Assembly (NCBI GenBank): GCA_031289755.1
Contig: JAITOU010000027.1
Span: 5,643-69,642 of the forward strand
Direction: 5' to 3'
DNA: 64,000 nucleotides
DNA from: Clostridiales bacterium
Lineage (GTDB): Bacteria; Bacillota; Clostridia; Christensenellales; JAISNN01
Shown: positions 36,627 to 44,637 of the stretch, piece by piece
How the letters are laid out: every line of letters starts with the position of its first letter
How positions within the stretch are numbered: the first letter of the stretch is position 1
Notes under the pieces: generated by a model
Databases searched by the model: none
The model's input: only the letters and a program-made list of their open reading frames with translations
Told to the model about the DNA's origin: nothing
Program-made: the position numbers and the translations under genes

Positions 36627-36704
36627 TGATATAATCTTATCCACTGAACAAAGGAGTTCATATTTTTAGGGCATTTTTGCCGTAAAATATGGCTCTTTTT
36701 TTTA
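36627..36704 (+). promoter_or_regulatory. extended -10 promoter plus leader: TTATCCA, AAAGGA-hexaloop hairpin, intrinsic terminator (candidate ANTAR target)
   Basis: tg-a-tataat at 36627-36635; ttatcca at 36637-36643. Hairpin tgaac-AAAGGA-gttca at 36645-36660. Terminator agggcattttt-gccgt-aaaatatggctct plus T7 at 36668-36704. The glutamate synthase ATG is 65 nt further downstream. Confidence 0.5.
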
Positions 36705-36768
36705 TACAAAAGGCTTTTTATATAGAAGCCGGATAAAGGAAAAAAGAATTAGTTTAAAAGGATTTTAT

Positions 36769-37872
36769 ATGTTGAAAGAAGGTCAAATAAGGATTCCGTC
36801 GGGGTGCGCGATATCAGGAATCATCAATAAAGACGGCAAGCGGATAGACGGCGGCGAAATAGCCAGGTCTATTGCCGTTATGCACGACCGCTCCAACGGA
36901 CTCGGCGGCGGCTTTGCAGGCTACGGAATATATCCCGAATATAAGGATTATTATGCTTTTCATATTTTTTATACCGACGTCGCGGCTAAGCAAGCGTGCG
37001 AAAGCTTTATCGAAGGGCATTTTGACATAATCAATCTATCCAAAATTCCCGTCCGCAAGATACCCGAAATCACCGACGAGCCGCTAATCTGGCGTTATTT
37101 TGTCGCGCCTTTGCCGACAAAGCTTCACGACAGTCAGCTCGACGAGAACGAATTTACTCTGAGATGCGTCTTTACTATGAATACAAAATTAAAGGGAGTT
37201 TACGTTTTTTCGTCCGGCAAAAATATGGGAGTCTTTAAAGCCGTAGGCTTCCCCGAAGACGTGGCGCGCTTTTACAAATTAGACGAATACAGCGGCTATT
37301 CATGGGTCGCTCACGGTCGTTATCCGACAAATACTCCGGGCTGGTGGGGCGGCGCGCATCCTTTTGCTATACTCGATTTTTCGGTCGTGCATAACGGCGA
37401 GATATCGTCTTATGACGCCAACCGCAGATTTATAGAAATGTTCGGTTATAAATGCACGCTTCAAACCGATACGGAGGTCATCACATATATATGGGATTAT
37501 CTGATAAGACGCTTGAAGCTCACTATGACGGAAGCCGCAGAGGTCATTGCCGCTCCTTTTTGGGAAAAGATAAAGACAATGCCGGACGCGGACAGAGAGA
37601 GACTGACGTATTTTAGAACGGTCTATCCGAGTCTGCTTGTAACGGGACCTTTTTCTATCATCGTCGGCTTTGAAGGCGGCTTATTGGCTCTCAACGACCG
37701 CTTAAAGCTCCGTTCTATGGTAGTGGGAGAAAAGAACGATACCGTATATATCGCAAGCGAAGAATGCGCTATACGCGAGATTGAGCCGTCGCTTGACAGA
37801 GTGTGGGCTCCCGTCGGCGGTGAACCGGTCATCGTCAAATTGAACCAAACGGGGGAAAACAAATGCCTATAA
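36769..37872 (+). CDS. glutamate synthase, class-II glutamine amidotransferase subunit (archaeal-type split GltB)
   Basis: N-terminal IPSGCAISGI nucleophile context, HGRYPTNTPG and VHNGEISSY motifs. Confidence 0.85.
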   Translation: MLKEGQIRIPSGCAISGIINKDGKRIDGGEIARSIAVMHDRSNGLGGGFAGYGIYPEYKDYYAFHIFYTDVAAKQACESFIEGHFDIINLSKIPVRKIPEITDEPLIWRYFVAPLPTKLHDSQLDENEFTLRCVFTMNTKLKGVYVFSSGKNMGVFKAVGFPEDVARFYKLDEYSGYSWVAHGRYPTNTPGWWGGAHPFAILDFSVVHNGEISSYDANRRFIEMFGYKCTLQTDTEVITYIWDYLIRRLKLTMTEAAEVIAAPFWEKIKTMPDADRERLTYFRTVYPSLLVTGPFSIIVGFEGGLLALNDRLKLRSMVVGEKNDTVYIASEECAIREIEPSLDRVWAPVGGEPVIVKLNQTGENKCL

Positions 37873-39368
37873 ATTATGATGACAATACCTACGAGGTTAT
37901 AAGAAATCAAGACAGGTGCATAAATTGCCGCGTCTGCGAGCGTCAATGCGCTAATCTTGTGCATAAATACAGCGAATATTACGGACGAATGACTTCGGAC
38001 TGCATATCTTGCGTCGATTGTCAGAGATGTGTTTCGCTCTGTCCGACAAAGGCTTTAAAGATTATCAAAAATCCTAACAGTTACAGAGATAACGCAAATT
38101 GGAACGAAGCGGCGATAAAGAGCGTCTACAAGCAAGCCGGTTCGGGCGGCGTTTTGCTTTCTTCGATGGGTACGCCGGAGGCCTATCCCGTCTATTGGGA
38201 CAAAATCCTTATCAATGCGTCGCAGGTGACAAATCCGTCCATAGACCCTTTGAGAGAGCCTATGGAGACGCGTATCGCCTTGGGCAAAAGACCGCAGAAT
38301 ATTGTCCGCGACGGGAACGGAAATATAGTCAACACCGTCAAAAACTCTCTTTTTTTGAATGTGCCGATAATGTTTTCGGCTATGTCCTACGGCTCGATAA
38401 GCTACAACGCTCACAAATCTCTCGCGATTGCCGCCGAAAAGCTCGGTATTTTTTATAATACCGGCGAAGGCGGCTTGCACAGGGATTTCTATAAATACGG
38501 CAAAAACACGATAGTGCAGGTCGCGTCGGGCAGGTTCGGCGTCTTTAAGGATTTTTTGAATGCCGGAGCGGCTGTGGAAATCAAAATGGGGCAGGGTGCA
38601 AAGCCGGGTATCGGCGGACACCTTCCGGGCGAAAAGATAGGCGAGGACGTGTCGAGAACGAGAATGATACCGCAGGGAGTAGACGCCATTTCTCCGGCTC
38701 CGCATCACGACATTTATTCCATAGAGGATTTGCGTCAGCTCGTCTATTCTTTAAAGGAAGCGACAAATTACAAAAAGCCCGTAATAGTCAAAATCGCCGC
38801 CGTCCATAATGTCGCGGCTATCGCCAGCGGCGTAGCGCGCAGCGGCGCGGACATCATAGCGATAGACGGATTTAGGGGCGGAACGGGCGCAGCCCCTACG
38901 AGAATACGCGACAACGTAGGCATACCGATAGAATTGGCTTTGGCAAGCGTAGACCAAAGATTGAGAGAAGAAGGCATAAGGAACGAGATATCTCTCGTCG
39001 CGGGCGGAAGCATAAGAAACAGCGCGGATATCGTCAAGGCGATTGCGCTCGGCGCGGACGCGGTATATATAGCGACGGGGGCTTTGCTTGCGCTCGGCTG
39101 TCATCTCTGCCGTTCCTGTCATTTGGGCAAATGCAATTGGGGAATAGCGACGCAAAACCCCGACCTTGTAAAACGCCTAAACCCCGAAACCGGAAGCGAA
39201 CGGCTCGTCAATCTTATAACGGCATGGACGCACGAGATAGAAGAAATGATGGGCGGTATGGGTATAAATTCCATAGAAGCCCTTAAAGGCAACAGACTCA
39301 TGCTTCGGGGCGTCGGCATGACCCAAAAGGAGCTGGATATTCTCGGAATATTTCATGCCGGAGAATAG
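37863..39368 (+). CDS. glutamate synthase FMN-binding/synthase subunit with N-terminal 4Fe-4S ferredoxin segment
   Basis: CINCRVCERQC and CVDCQRCVSLCP clusters, then MSYGSIS, QGAKPGIGGHLPGEK, GFRGGTGAAP and GGSIRNSADIVKAIALGAD. Overlaps the upstream gene by 10 nt. Confidence 0.9.
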   Translation: MPINYDDNTYEVIRNQDRCINCRVCERQCANLVHKYSEYYGRMTSDCISCVDCQRCVSLCPTKALKIIKNPNSYRDNANWNEAAIKSVYKQAGSGGVLLSSMGTPEAYPVYWDKILINASQVTNPSIDPLREPMETRIALGKRPQNIVRDGNGNIVNTVKNSLFLNVPIMFSAMSYGSISYNAHKSLAIAAEKLGIFYNTGEGGLHRDFYKYGKNTIVQVASGRFGVFKDFLNAGAAVEIKMGQGAKPGIGGHLPGEKIGEDVSRTRMIPQGVDAISPAPHHDIYSIEDLRQLVYSLKEATNYKKPVIVKIAAVHNVAAIASGVARSGADIIAIDGFRGGTGAAPTRIRDNVGIPIELALASVDQRLREEGIRNEISLVAGGSIRNSADIVKAIALGADAVYIATGALLALGCHLCRSCHLGKCNWGIATQNPDLVKRLNPETGSERLVNLITAWTHEIEEMMGGMGINSIEALKGNRLMLRGVGMTQKELDILGIFHAGE

Positions 39369-39414
39369 ACGCGGCTCCGGTAAGTGCGGACAGTTTTTTT
39401 GAAAGATTGGAGGA

Positions 39415-39849
39415 ATGTATAAAGTCATGAAAAAGATTTACGTTCGGGAAGAATGGTGTTTGAAATGCCGTCTGTGCGAATACATTTGCGCTTTTGCAAA
39501 TTCGGGCTGCGGCGATATAGTCGCCGCGCTCAAAGATAAGCCGATAATGCCGCGCATAACTGTCGAAGAAGAAGGAAAAATATCTTACGCCGTGTCGTGC
39601 CGTCATTGCGACGACGCATTGTGCGTCAAGGGCTGTATCAGCGGCGCGATAAGCAGGGTGGACGGCGTGGTCACAATCGACAAAAACAAATGCGTCGGCT
39701 GCTGTACCTGCATTCTTTCCTGTCCTTACGGCGCTATCGCATACGGAGCGGACGGAACGGCGACAAAATGCGAGCTGTGCGTTCAAAATGCCGGCGGCTC
39801 TCCGATGTGCGTCAAATATTGTCCTAACCGCGCCATTGTTTTGGAATAA
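39415..39849 (+). CDS. 4Fe-4S dicluster ferredoxin-like subunit
   Basis: CxxCxxC and CVGCCTCILSCP motifs. The start is uncertain (ATG 39415 lies 1 nt after GGAGG; the alternative is ATG 39427). Confidence 0.75.
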   Translation: MYKVMKKIYVREEWCLKCRLCEYICAFANSGCGDIVAALKDKPIMPRITVEEEGKISYAVSCRHCDDALCVKGCISGAISRVDGVVTIDKNKCVGCCTCILSCPYGAIAYGADGTATKCELCVQNAGGSPMCVKYCPNRAIVLE

Positions 39850-39885
39850 AACGCGGATTATATTTTATCAAGGGAAAAACTCATT

Positions 39886-41100
39886 ATGAATTACGTTATT
39901 ATAGGAAATTCCATAGCCGCCGTCGGCGGCATAGAAGGCATACGCCGTACGGACGGCGACGGTAACATCACGGTCGTAGGCGCAGAGCCGCACCACGTTT
40001 ATTCGCGTCCGCTCATATCGTATTTGTTGGAAGGCAAAACCGATTCGGAGAGAATAAAATACCGACCGGACGATTTTTACAAAAAAAATAAATGCACGCT
40101 CAAAAAAGGCGTAAGAGCGGAGAGTATAGATACGGACAAAAAGACCGTATTTTTGGACGACGGCGAAGCGTTGCCCTTCGATAAGCTTTTGATAGCTACC
40201 GGCGCACGCCCCTTTGTTCCCAAGATAAGCGGACTCGAAAATCACGAGTATCACACCTTTATGACTCTCGGCGACGCGTACGGTCTGGAAAAGAAATTGA
40301 AGTCAACAAAGGACGCTAAGGTCCTGATACTCGGAGCCGGACTTATCGGTCTGAAATGCGCCGAAGCGATATATCGCTATGCCAAGGAAATCACTGTCGC
40401 CGATATGGCTGACAGAGTGCTGCCGAGCATTCTCGATACCGAAGGGTCGGCGGTGATAAAAAAACATTTAGAATACAAGGGAATAAGGTTTTTGCTTTCT
40501 ACGGCTGTTGAGCTTGACAAAATGAAATTCGACGTATTGTGCGTCTGCACCGGCGTGATACCCGAAGCTAATTTGGCAAAGGACGCCGGAATAGAAACGG
40601 GGCGCGGAATATATATAGACGCCGAAGCAAAAACAAGCAAGGACGGTATATATGCCGCAGGCGATTGCACCGAAGGTTACAGCGCGGTGACGGGCAGGCG
40701 CGGAGCTATCGCGATATTGCCCAACGCCTACATTCAAGGCGAAACGGCAGGCATAAATATGGCGGGCGGCAATGCCGTCTATGACAAGGCTATGCCGATG
40801 AACGCAATAGGGTTTTTTGGAAAGCATATCCTGACCGCGGGTCTTTATGAAGGCGAAGAGATAAAGAGCGGAAGCGTAAGCGGCGGAGTCTTCAAAAAGC
40901 TTTTTGTAAAAGACGGAAAGCTCAAAGGCTTTATCTTTATCGACGATTTTAAAAGAGCGGGCTTGTATACCGCGCTGATACGCGACGGAATAGATTTGAC
41001 GGGCATAGACGACGCGACGCTTTTGGACGATATCGGCTTTAAGCTTTATCCTAAGGCAGAGCGCGACAAGGTATTGCGCAACCAAAACGAAGGAGTTTAA
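39886..41100 (+). CDS. NAD(P)/FAD-dependent pyridine-nucleotide-disulfide-type oxidoreductase subunit
   Basis: N-terminal YVIIGNSIAAVGG and a second dinucleotide fold VLILGAGLIGLKCAE, plus IYAAGDC. Confidence 0.85.
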   Translation: MNYVIIGNSIAAVGGIEGIRRTDGDGNITVVGAEPHHVYSRPLISYLLEGKTDSERIKYRPDDFYKKNKCTLKKGVRAESIDTDKKTVFLDDGEALPFDKLLIATGARPFVPKISGLENHEYHTFMTLGDAYGLEKKLKSTKDAKVLILGAGLIGLKCAEAIYRYAKEITVADMADRVLPSILDTEGSAVIKKHLEYKGIRFLLSTAVELDKMKFDVLCVCTGVIPEANLAKDAGIETGRGIYIDAEAKTSKDGIYAAGDCTEGYSAVTGRRGAIAILPNAYIQGETAGINMAGGNAVYDKAMPMNAIGFFGKHILTAGLYEGEEIKSGSVSGGVFKKLFVKDGKLKGFIFIDDFKRAGLYTALIRDGIDLTGIDDATLLDDIGFKLYPKAERDKVLRNQNEGV

Positions 41101-41105
41101 CGGAG

Positions 41106-41828
41106 ATGACGATAGACGCGAAGGGAAAATATTTTCAGACTCTCAACAGAGAAATAAAGGAATGCGCCGACGGCGAAATCATAATCGATAATTGCAACGG
41201 ACAGAGATACATCGGCAGCGGTCTCGAAAACAAAACCGTAAAAATCAACGGTGTTCCGGGCAATGCGCTCGGTTCTTATCTTGACAAATGCGATATATAC
41301 GTCAATGGGAACGCCCAGGATGCCACAGGCGACACGATGAACGGCGGAAGGATATTTATCTACGGCAATTCCGGCGACGCCACAGGCTACGCCATGCGCG
41401 GCGGAACGATATACATCAAGGGCAATGTCGGCTACCGTGCCGGAGTGCATATCAAGTCCTACAAGGAGTATAAGCCGGTCATAGTTGTCGGCGGCAAGGC
41501 GGGAAACTTTCTCGGCGAGTACCAGGCGGGGGGCGTAATCATAGTCTTGAATCTCAATAAGGAAGCGAGAGCGGCAGATGATTTTATCGCTAACGGAATG
41601 CACGGCGGCGAGATATACATAAGGACGGAGAACGCCGAGTCGCTTCATTTGTCGGAGCGGCTTATACACAAAAAAGCGGACAAAAAAGATTTTGAAAAAA
41701 TATCCTTTTATTTAGGTGAGTTTTGCAATGCTTTCGGTTATAATTATAACGATGTTGTAAAAGGAGCTTTTATAAAAATCACGCCGGATACTCAAAATCC
41801 GTACAAGCAATTATATGTAAACAATTAA
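41106..41828 (+). CDS. glutamate synthase GXGXG-repeat (GltB C-terminal domain-like) subunit
   Basis: Repeated beta-helix turns: VNGNAQDATGDTMNGGRIFIYGNSGDATGYAMRGGTIYIKGNVGYRAG. Confidence 0.85.
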   Translation: MTIDAKGKYFQTLNREIKECADGEIIIDNCNGQRYIGSGLENKTVKINGVPGNALGSYLDKCDIYVNGNAQDATGDTMNGGRIFIYGNSGDATGYAMRGGTIYIKGNVGYRAGVHIKSYKEYKPVIVVGGKAGNFLGEYQAGGVIIVLNLNKEARAADDFIANGMHGGEIYIRTENAESLHLSERLIHKKADKKDFEKISFYLGEFCNAFGYNYNDVVKGAFIKITPDTQNPYKQLYVNN

Positions 41829-41895
41829 AGCCGCACGGGCGGTCAAAGAGGTACGCCGTAAAGTTTTGGCTTTACAGAGTAATAGGGGGTATGTA

Positions 41896-43128
41896 ATGGA
41901 GTTTACCGAAGCGTCATTGTATGAATTTATCAATTCAAACGACGTAAGATTTATACGTTTGGGTTTTTGCGATATTTTCGGGGTACAAAAAAACATCTCG
42001 GTTATGCCGGGAATGTTTTTGCGCGCTATGGAAGAGGGAATACCCTTCGATACGGCGGCAGTTGACGGCTTTTTGGATATCGAAAAAGCCGATTTGTATT
42101 TAAAGCCGGATATCAAGACCTTTTCGTTAGTGCCGTGGCGTTCGAGTAACGACATGGTGATAAGGTTTATATCGGATATCGTCAAGACGGACGGAGCAGA
42201 CTTTGAGGGAAGCAGCCGAAACATTTTAAAAAAGGTCAGACAGCGCGCCAAAAAAATGGGCTATTCCTGCAATATCGGAGTGAAGTGCGAGTTTTATCTG
42301 TTTGAAAACGACGAAAACGGTTATCCGACAAAGACGCCTTTTGACAACGCGGGATATTTTGACATTTCTCCGCTCGACAAGGGCGAGGACATAAGGCGTG
42401 AAATATGCCTGAATTTGGACAAAATGGGCATAAGACCCGAAAGCTCTCATCACGAACAAGGTCCGGGTCAGAACGAAATCAATTTTAAATATTCCGACAT
42501 ATTGACGACGGCGGACAACGTAATGACCTTTAAATGGGTCGTATCGACGATAGCGGCACGTCACGGCGCTACTGCAAATTTTGACCCTAAGCCTATCCAA
42601 AATGTCAACGGAAACGGTATGCACATCAATATCGCTCTCGTGCATGACGGCGAAAATCTCTTCAAGTTGAAAGACGGAGAGCTTGTCGAGCCCGCAAAGC
42701 AGTTTGTCGCCGGCATAACCGAACGCATCTCCGAGATATCGCTGTTTTTAAATTCAGTCAAATCTTCTTATGACAGATTGGGCAAGTTTACCGCACCGCT
42801 CAATGTTTCGTGGTCTTACGACAACAGAAGCCGCCTTATCCGTATCAATGCCGAGAAGGAATTTTGTCATATGGAATTGCGCTCACCCGACCCGGTCTGC
42901 AATACCTATCTGGCATTTGCGCTGATATTGGCAGCCGGACTCGAAGGTATAGAAAAGAAGTCGGAGCTGTGTCCGCCTTACTGTGAAAACTCGGTGGGGC
43001 AAAAGCATTTAAAGAGCTTGCCTAAGTCCATAGACGAAGCGATAGCACTCGCAAAAAACAGTGCCTTTGTCAAAAGCGTCATACCCGAAAAGGTATTGGA
43101 CAAGTATATATCCGTCAAATCGGAATAG
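41896..43128 (+). CDS. glnA: glutamine synthetase (type I family, short form)
   Basis: ATG at 41896 has AGGGGG upstream. IRFIRLGFCDIFG beta-grasp, HHEQGPGQNEINF, NGNGMHINIAL and MELRSPDP motifs. Confidence 0.9.
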   Translation: MEFTEASLYEFINSNDVRFIRLGFCDIFGVQKNISVMPGMFLRAMEEGIPFDTAAVDGFLDIEKADLYLKPDIKTFSLVPWRSSNDMVIRFISDIVKTDGADFEGSSRNILKKVRQRAKKMGYSCNIGVKCEFYLFENDENGYPTKTPFDNAGYFDISPLDKGEDIRREICLNLDKMGIRPESSHHEQGPGQNEINFKYSDILTTADNVMTFKWVVSTIAARHGATANFDPKPIQNVNGNGMHINIALVHDGENLFKLKDGELVEPAKQFVAGITERISEISLFLNSVKSSYDRLGKFTAPLNVSWSYDNRSRLIRINAEKEFCHMELRSPDPVCNTYLAFALILAAGLEGIEKKSELCPPYCENSVGQKHLKSLPKSIDEAIALAKNSAFVKSVIPEKVLDKYISVKSE

Positions 43129-43219
43129 CCTTAGAGCAGATAACTGCATTATTACCGCTTAGGCAAATTATTATATTGCTTCTCCGATAATAATCCGTAA
43201 AACCTTAGGGAGATATATT

Positions 43220-43786
43220 TTGAGCGAAAATGTTCTTATAGTTTCGTCGCTGGAAAAAGACGCGGAGAAGCTTAGCCGTCTCTTTCATTCGTATGATATG
43301 GAGACGACTATTGTCAGCTACGCGAGCAAGGCGCGCCGTAAGCTTTTGGAGAACGATTTTTCACTCATAGTCGTCAACACGCCCTTGTCCGACGAGTTCG
43401 GTACGGAGTTTGCGATAAACGCCGCCGAAAAAACCTATGCCGGAATTTTGCTTTTTGTCAAAGCCGACCTTTTTGCGACGACCGTCGAAAAGTCCGAGCA
43501 AAGCGGCGTATTTGTTCTCGAAAAACCGCTGACCGCACCCATTAACGAGATTATAAGGCTGATGAGAGCCGTGTCGTTCAGAATGCGTTCGGCACGCCGC
43601 GAAAACGAAAAGCTTACGAGAAAAATATCCGAAATGCGCACGGTGGAACGTGCGAAAATCGCGCTCATACAGTATGAAAATATGTCGGAGGAGGAAGCTC
43701 ACCGCTTCATCGAAAAACAAGCCATGGACAAGCGCGTCGGCAGGGGAGAAATCGCCGCCGAGATTTTAAAGAGATTTGGGGATTAA
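43220..43786 (+). CDS. ANTAR-domain RNA-binding antiterminator with a pseudo-receiver N-terminal domain
   Basis: TTG start with AGGGAG upstream. C-terminal ANTAR region: MRTVERAKIALIQYENMSEEEAHRFIEKQAMDKRV. The receiver-like half has VLIVSS and SLIVVN where canonical receivers have DD and the phospho-accepting D. Confidence 0.85.
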   Translation: MSENVLIVSSLEKDAEKLSRLFHSYDMETTIVSYASKARRKLLENDFSLIVVNTPLSDEFGTEFAINAAEKTYAGILLFVKADLFATTVEKSEQSGVFVLEKPLTAPINEIIRLMRAVSFRMRSARRENEKLTRKISEMRTVERAKIALIQYENMSEEEAHRFIEKQAMDKRVGRGEIAAEILKRFGD

Positions 43787-43790
43787 GTGA

Positions 43791-43830
43791 ACGCCGCGCA
43801 AATTAGATAAATTTTAAGCGGCGTCTTTTT
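43791..43830 (+). terminator. intrinsic terminator formed by an inverted copy of the 45-bp repeat unit
   Basis: acgccgc-(20-nt loop)-gcggcgt followed by cttttt, starting 5 nt after the ANTAR gene stop. The sequence is the reverse complement of the unit acgccgcttaaaatttatctaatttgcgcg. Confidence 0.6.
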
Positions 43831-43905
43831 CGCCGTAAAACGCCTTCTTGTCTTGATAATAGCTCTGCTATTACCTACGCCAACAAGCCGCTTTACGACA
43901 AAAAA

Positions 43906-44165
43906 TACTTGCTTAAAATTCATCTCCTTTGCGCGTTGTTCCCTAAGTCAACGCCGCTTAAAATTCATCTCCTTTGCGCGTTGTTCCCTAAGGGAACGCC
44001 GCTTAAAATTCATCTATTTTGCGCGTTGTTTCACAAGTCAACGCCGCTTAAAATTTATCTAATTTGCGCGTTGTTTCACAAGTCAATGCCGCTTAAAATT
44101 CATCTAATTTGCGCGTTGTTCCCTAAGTCAACGCCGCTTAAAATTTATATCATTTTCGTGGTCTT
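43906..44165. repeat. 45-bp tandem repeat, 5 full units plus 1 partial
   Basis: Units start at 43911, 43956, 44001, 44046, 44091 and 44136. Consensus is gcttaaaatYcatctNNtttgcgcgttgttYcMYaagKSaaYgcc. Units are contiguous with no spacers. Each unit can fold (aacgccgc/gcgcgtt). Confidence 0.9.
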
Positions 44166-44264
44166 TCTTGTCTTTGACGCATTTTTTATTTGTCAGTTAA
44201 TCTCATTTGCGGTATGCGCAGGGTATAGGCGTATGCCGCATTTTTGCATTTTTTGGCTTTTTTT

Positions 44265-44282
44265 GTTTTGCAAGAAGTCTAA
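44265..44282. repeat. solo family-1 element terminus
   Basis: gttttgcaagaagtcta matches the family-1 right end. No partner terminus is recognisable to the left. Confidence 0.5.
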
Positions 44283-44354
44283 TTTATAAAAAAATCAAAA
44301 ATAGGGGGATAGGCATTGTAAAAATATCCTTTTTATGATATAATGTAAAGCGAA

Positions 44355-44522
44355 TAGGCTTCTTGCAAAACAAATTTCGCGCAATTTAAGGCATATCTTA
44401 TTGCGTCTGCCGCGCCTTGCAAAACAGTTACGCAAAGCGTCGGCTTTGTACCCGCTTGTCAAAGTCCGGCAGGTACAAAAATCTAATCTTATCTATACAA
44501 ATTTAGTTTTGCAAGAAGTCTA
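44355..44522. repeat. MITE-like inverted-repeat element, family 1 (copy E, inverted relative to A/B)
   Basis: ta|ggcttcttgcaaaacaaatttcgcgc ... atctatacaaatttagttttgcaagaagtc|ta. Confidence 0.75.
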
Positions 44523-44637
44523 TGGCGTGTTCACATTTGAATAATGTTAACACGTCAAATACGGCTTTTTTAAAAAAGCGGAAAATACTTAAAAAATCAT
44601 GCTATGCCTTTTCCGATTATTTTACAGAAAGGAGAAT

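Noticed and set aside
36637-36645. DnaA box: TTATCCACT here and TTATCCATA at 49980
   Set aside because: These are single near-consensus boxes placed at the +1 position of two promoters, with no box cluster, no AT-rich unwinding element and no dnaA/dnaN context. The shared leader motif is a better explanation.
38055-41669. Long antisense ORFs within the glutamate synthase genes (38055-38708, 38751-39155, 39298-39786, 40468-41085, 41097-41669)
   Set aside because: All lie opposite CDSs with strong family motifs. Their translations are Arg-rich and lack start signals.
43906-44165. CRISPR array?
   Set aside because: The 45-bp units are directly contiguous with no unique spacers, and no cas genes are present. 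This is a simple tandem repeat.
43909-44289. 126-codon ORF encoding LKIHLLCALFPKSTP repeated six times
   Set aside because: It is the 45-bp tandem DNA repeat read in one frame. It starts at TTG without an SD, and the units form hairpins. It is better explained as a non-coding repeat array.
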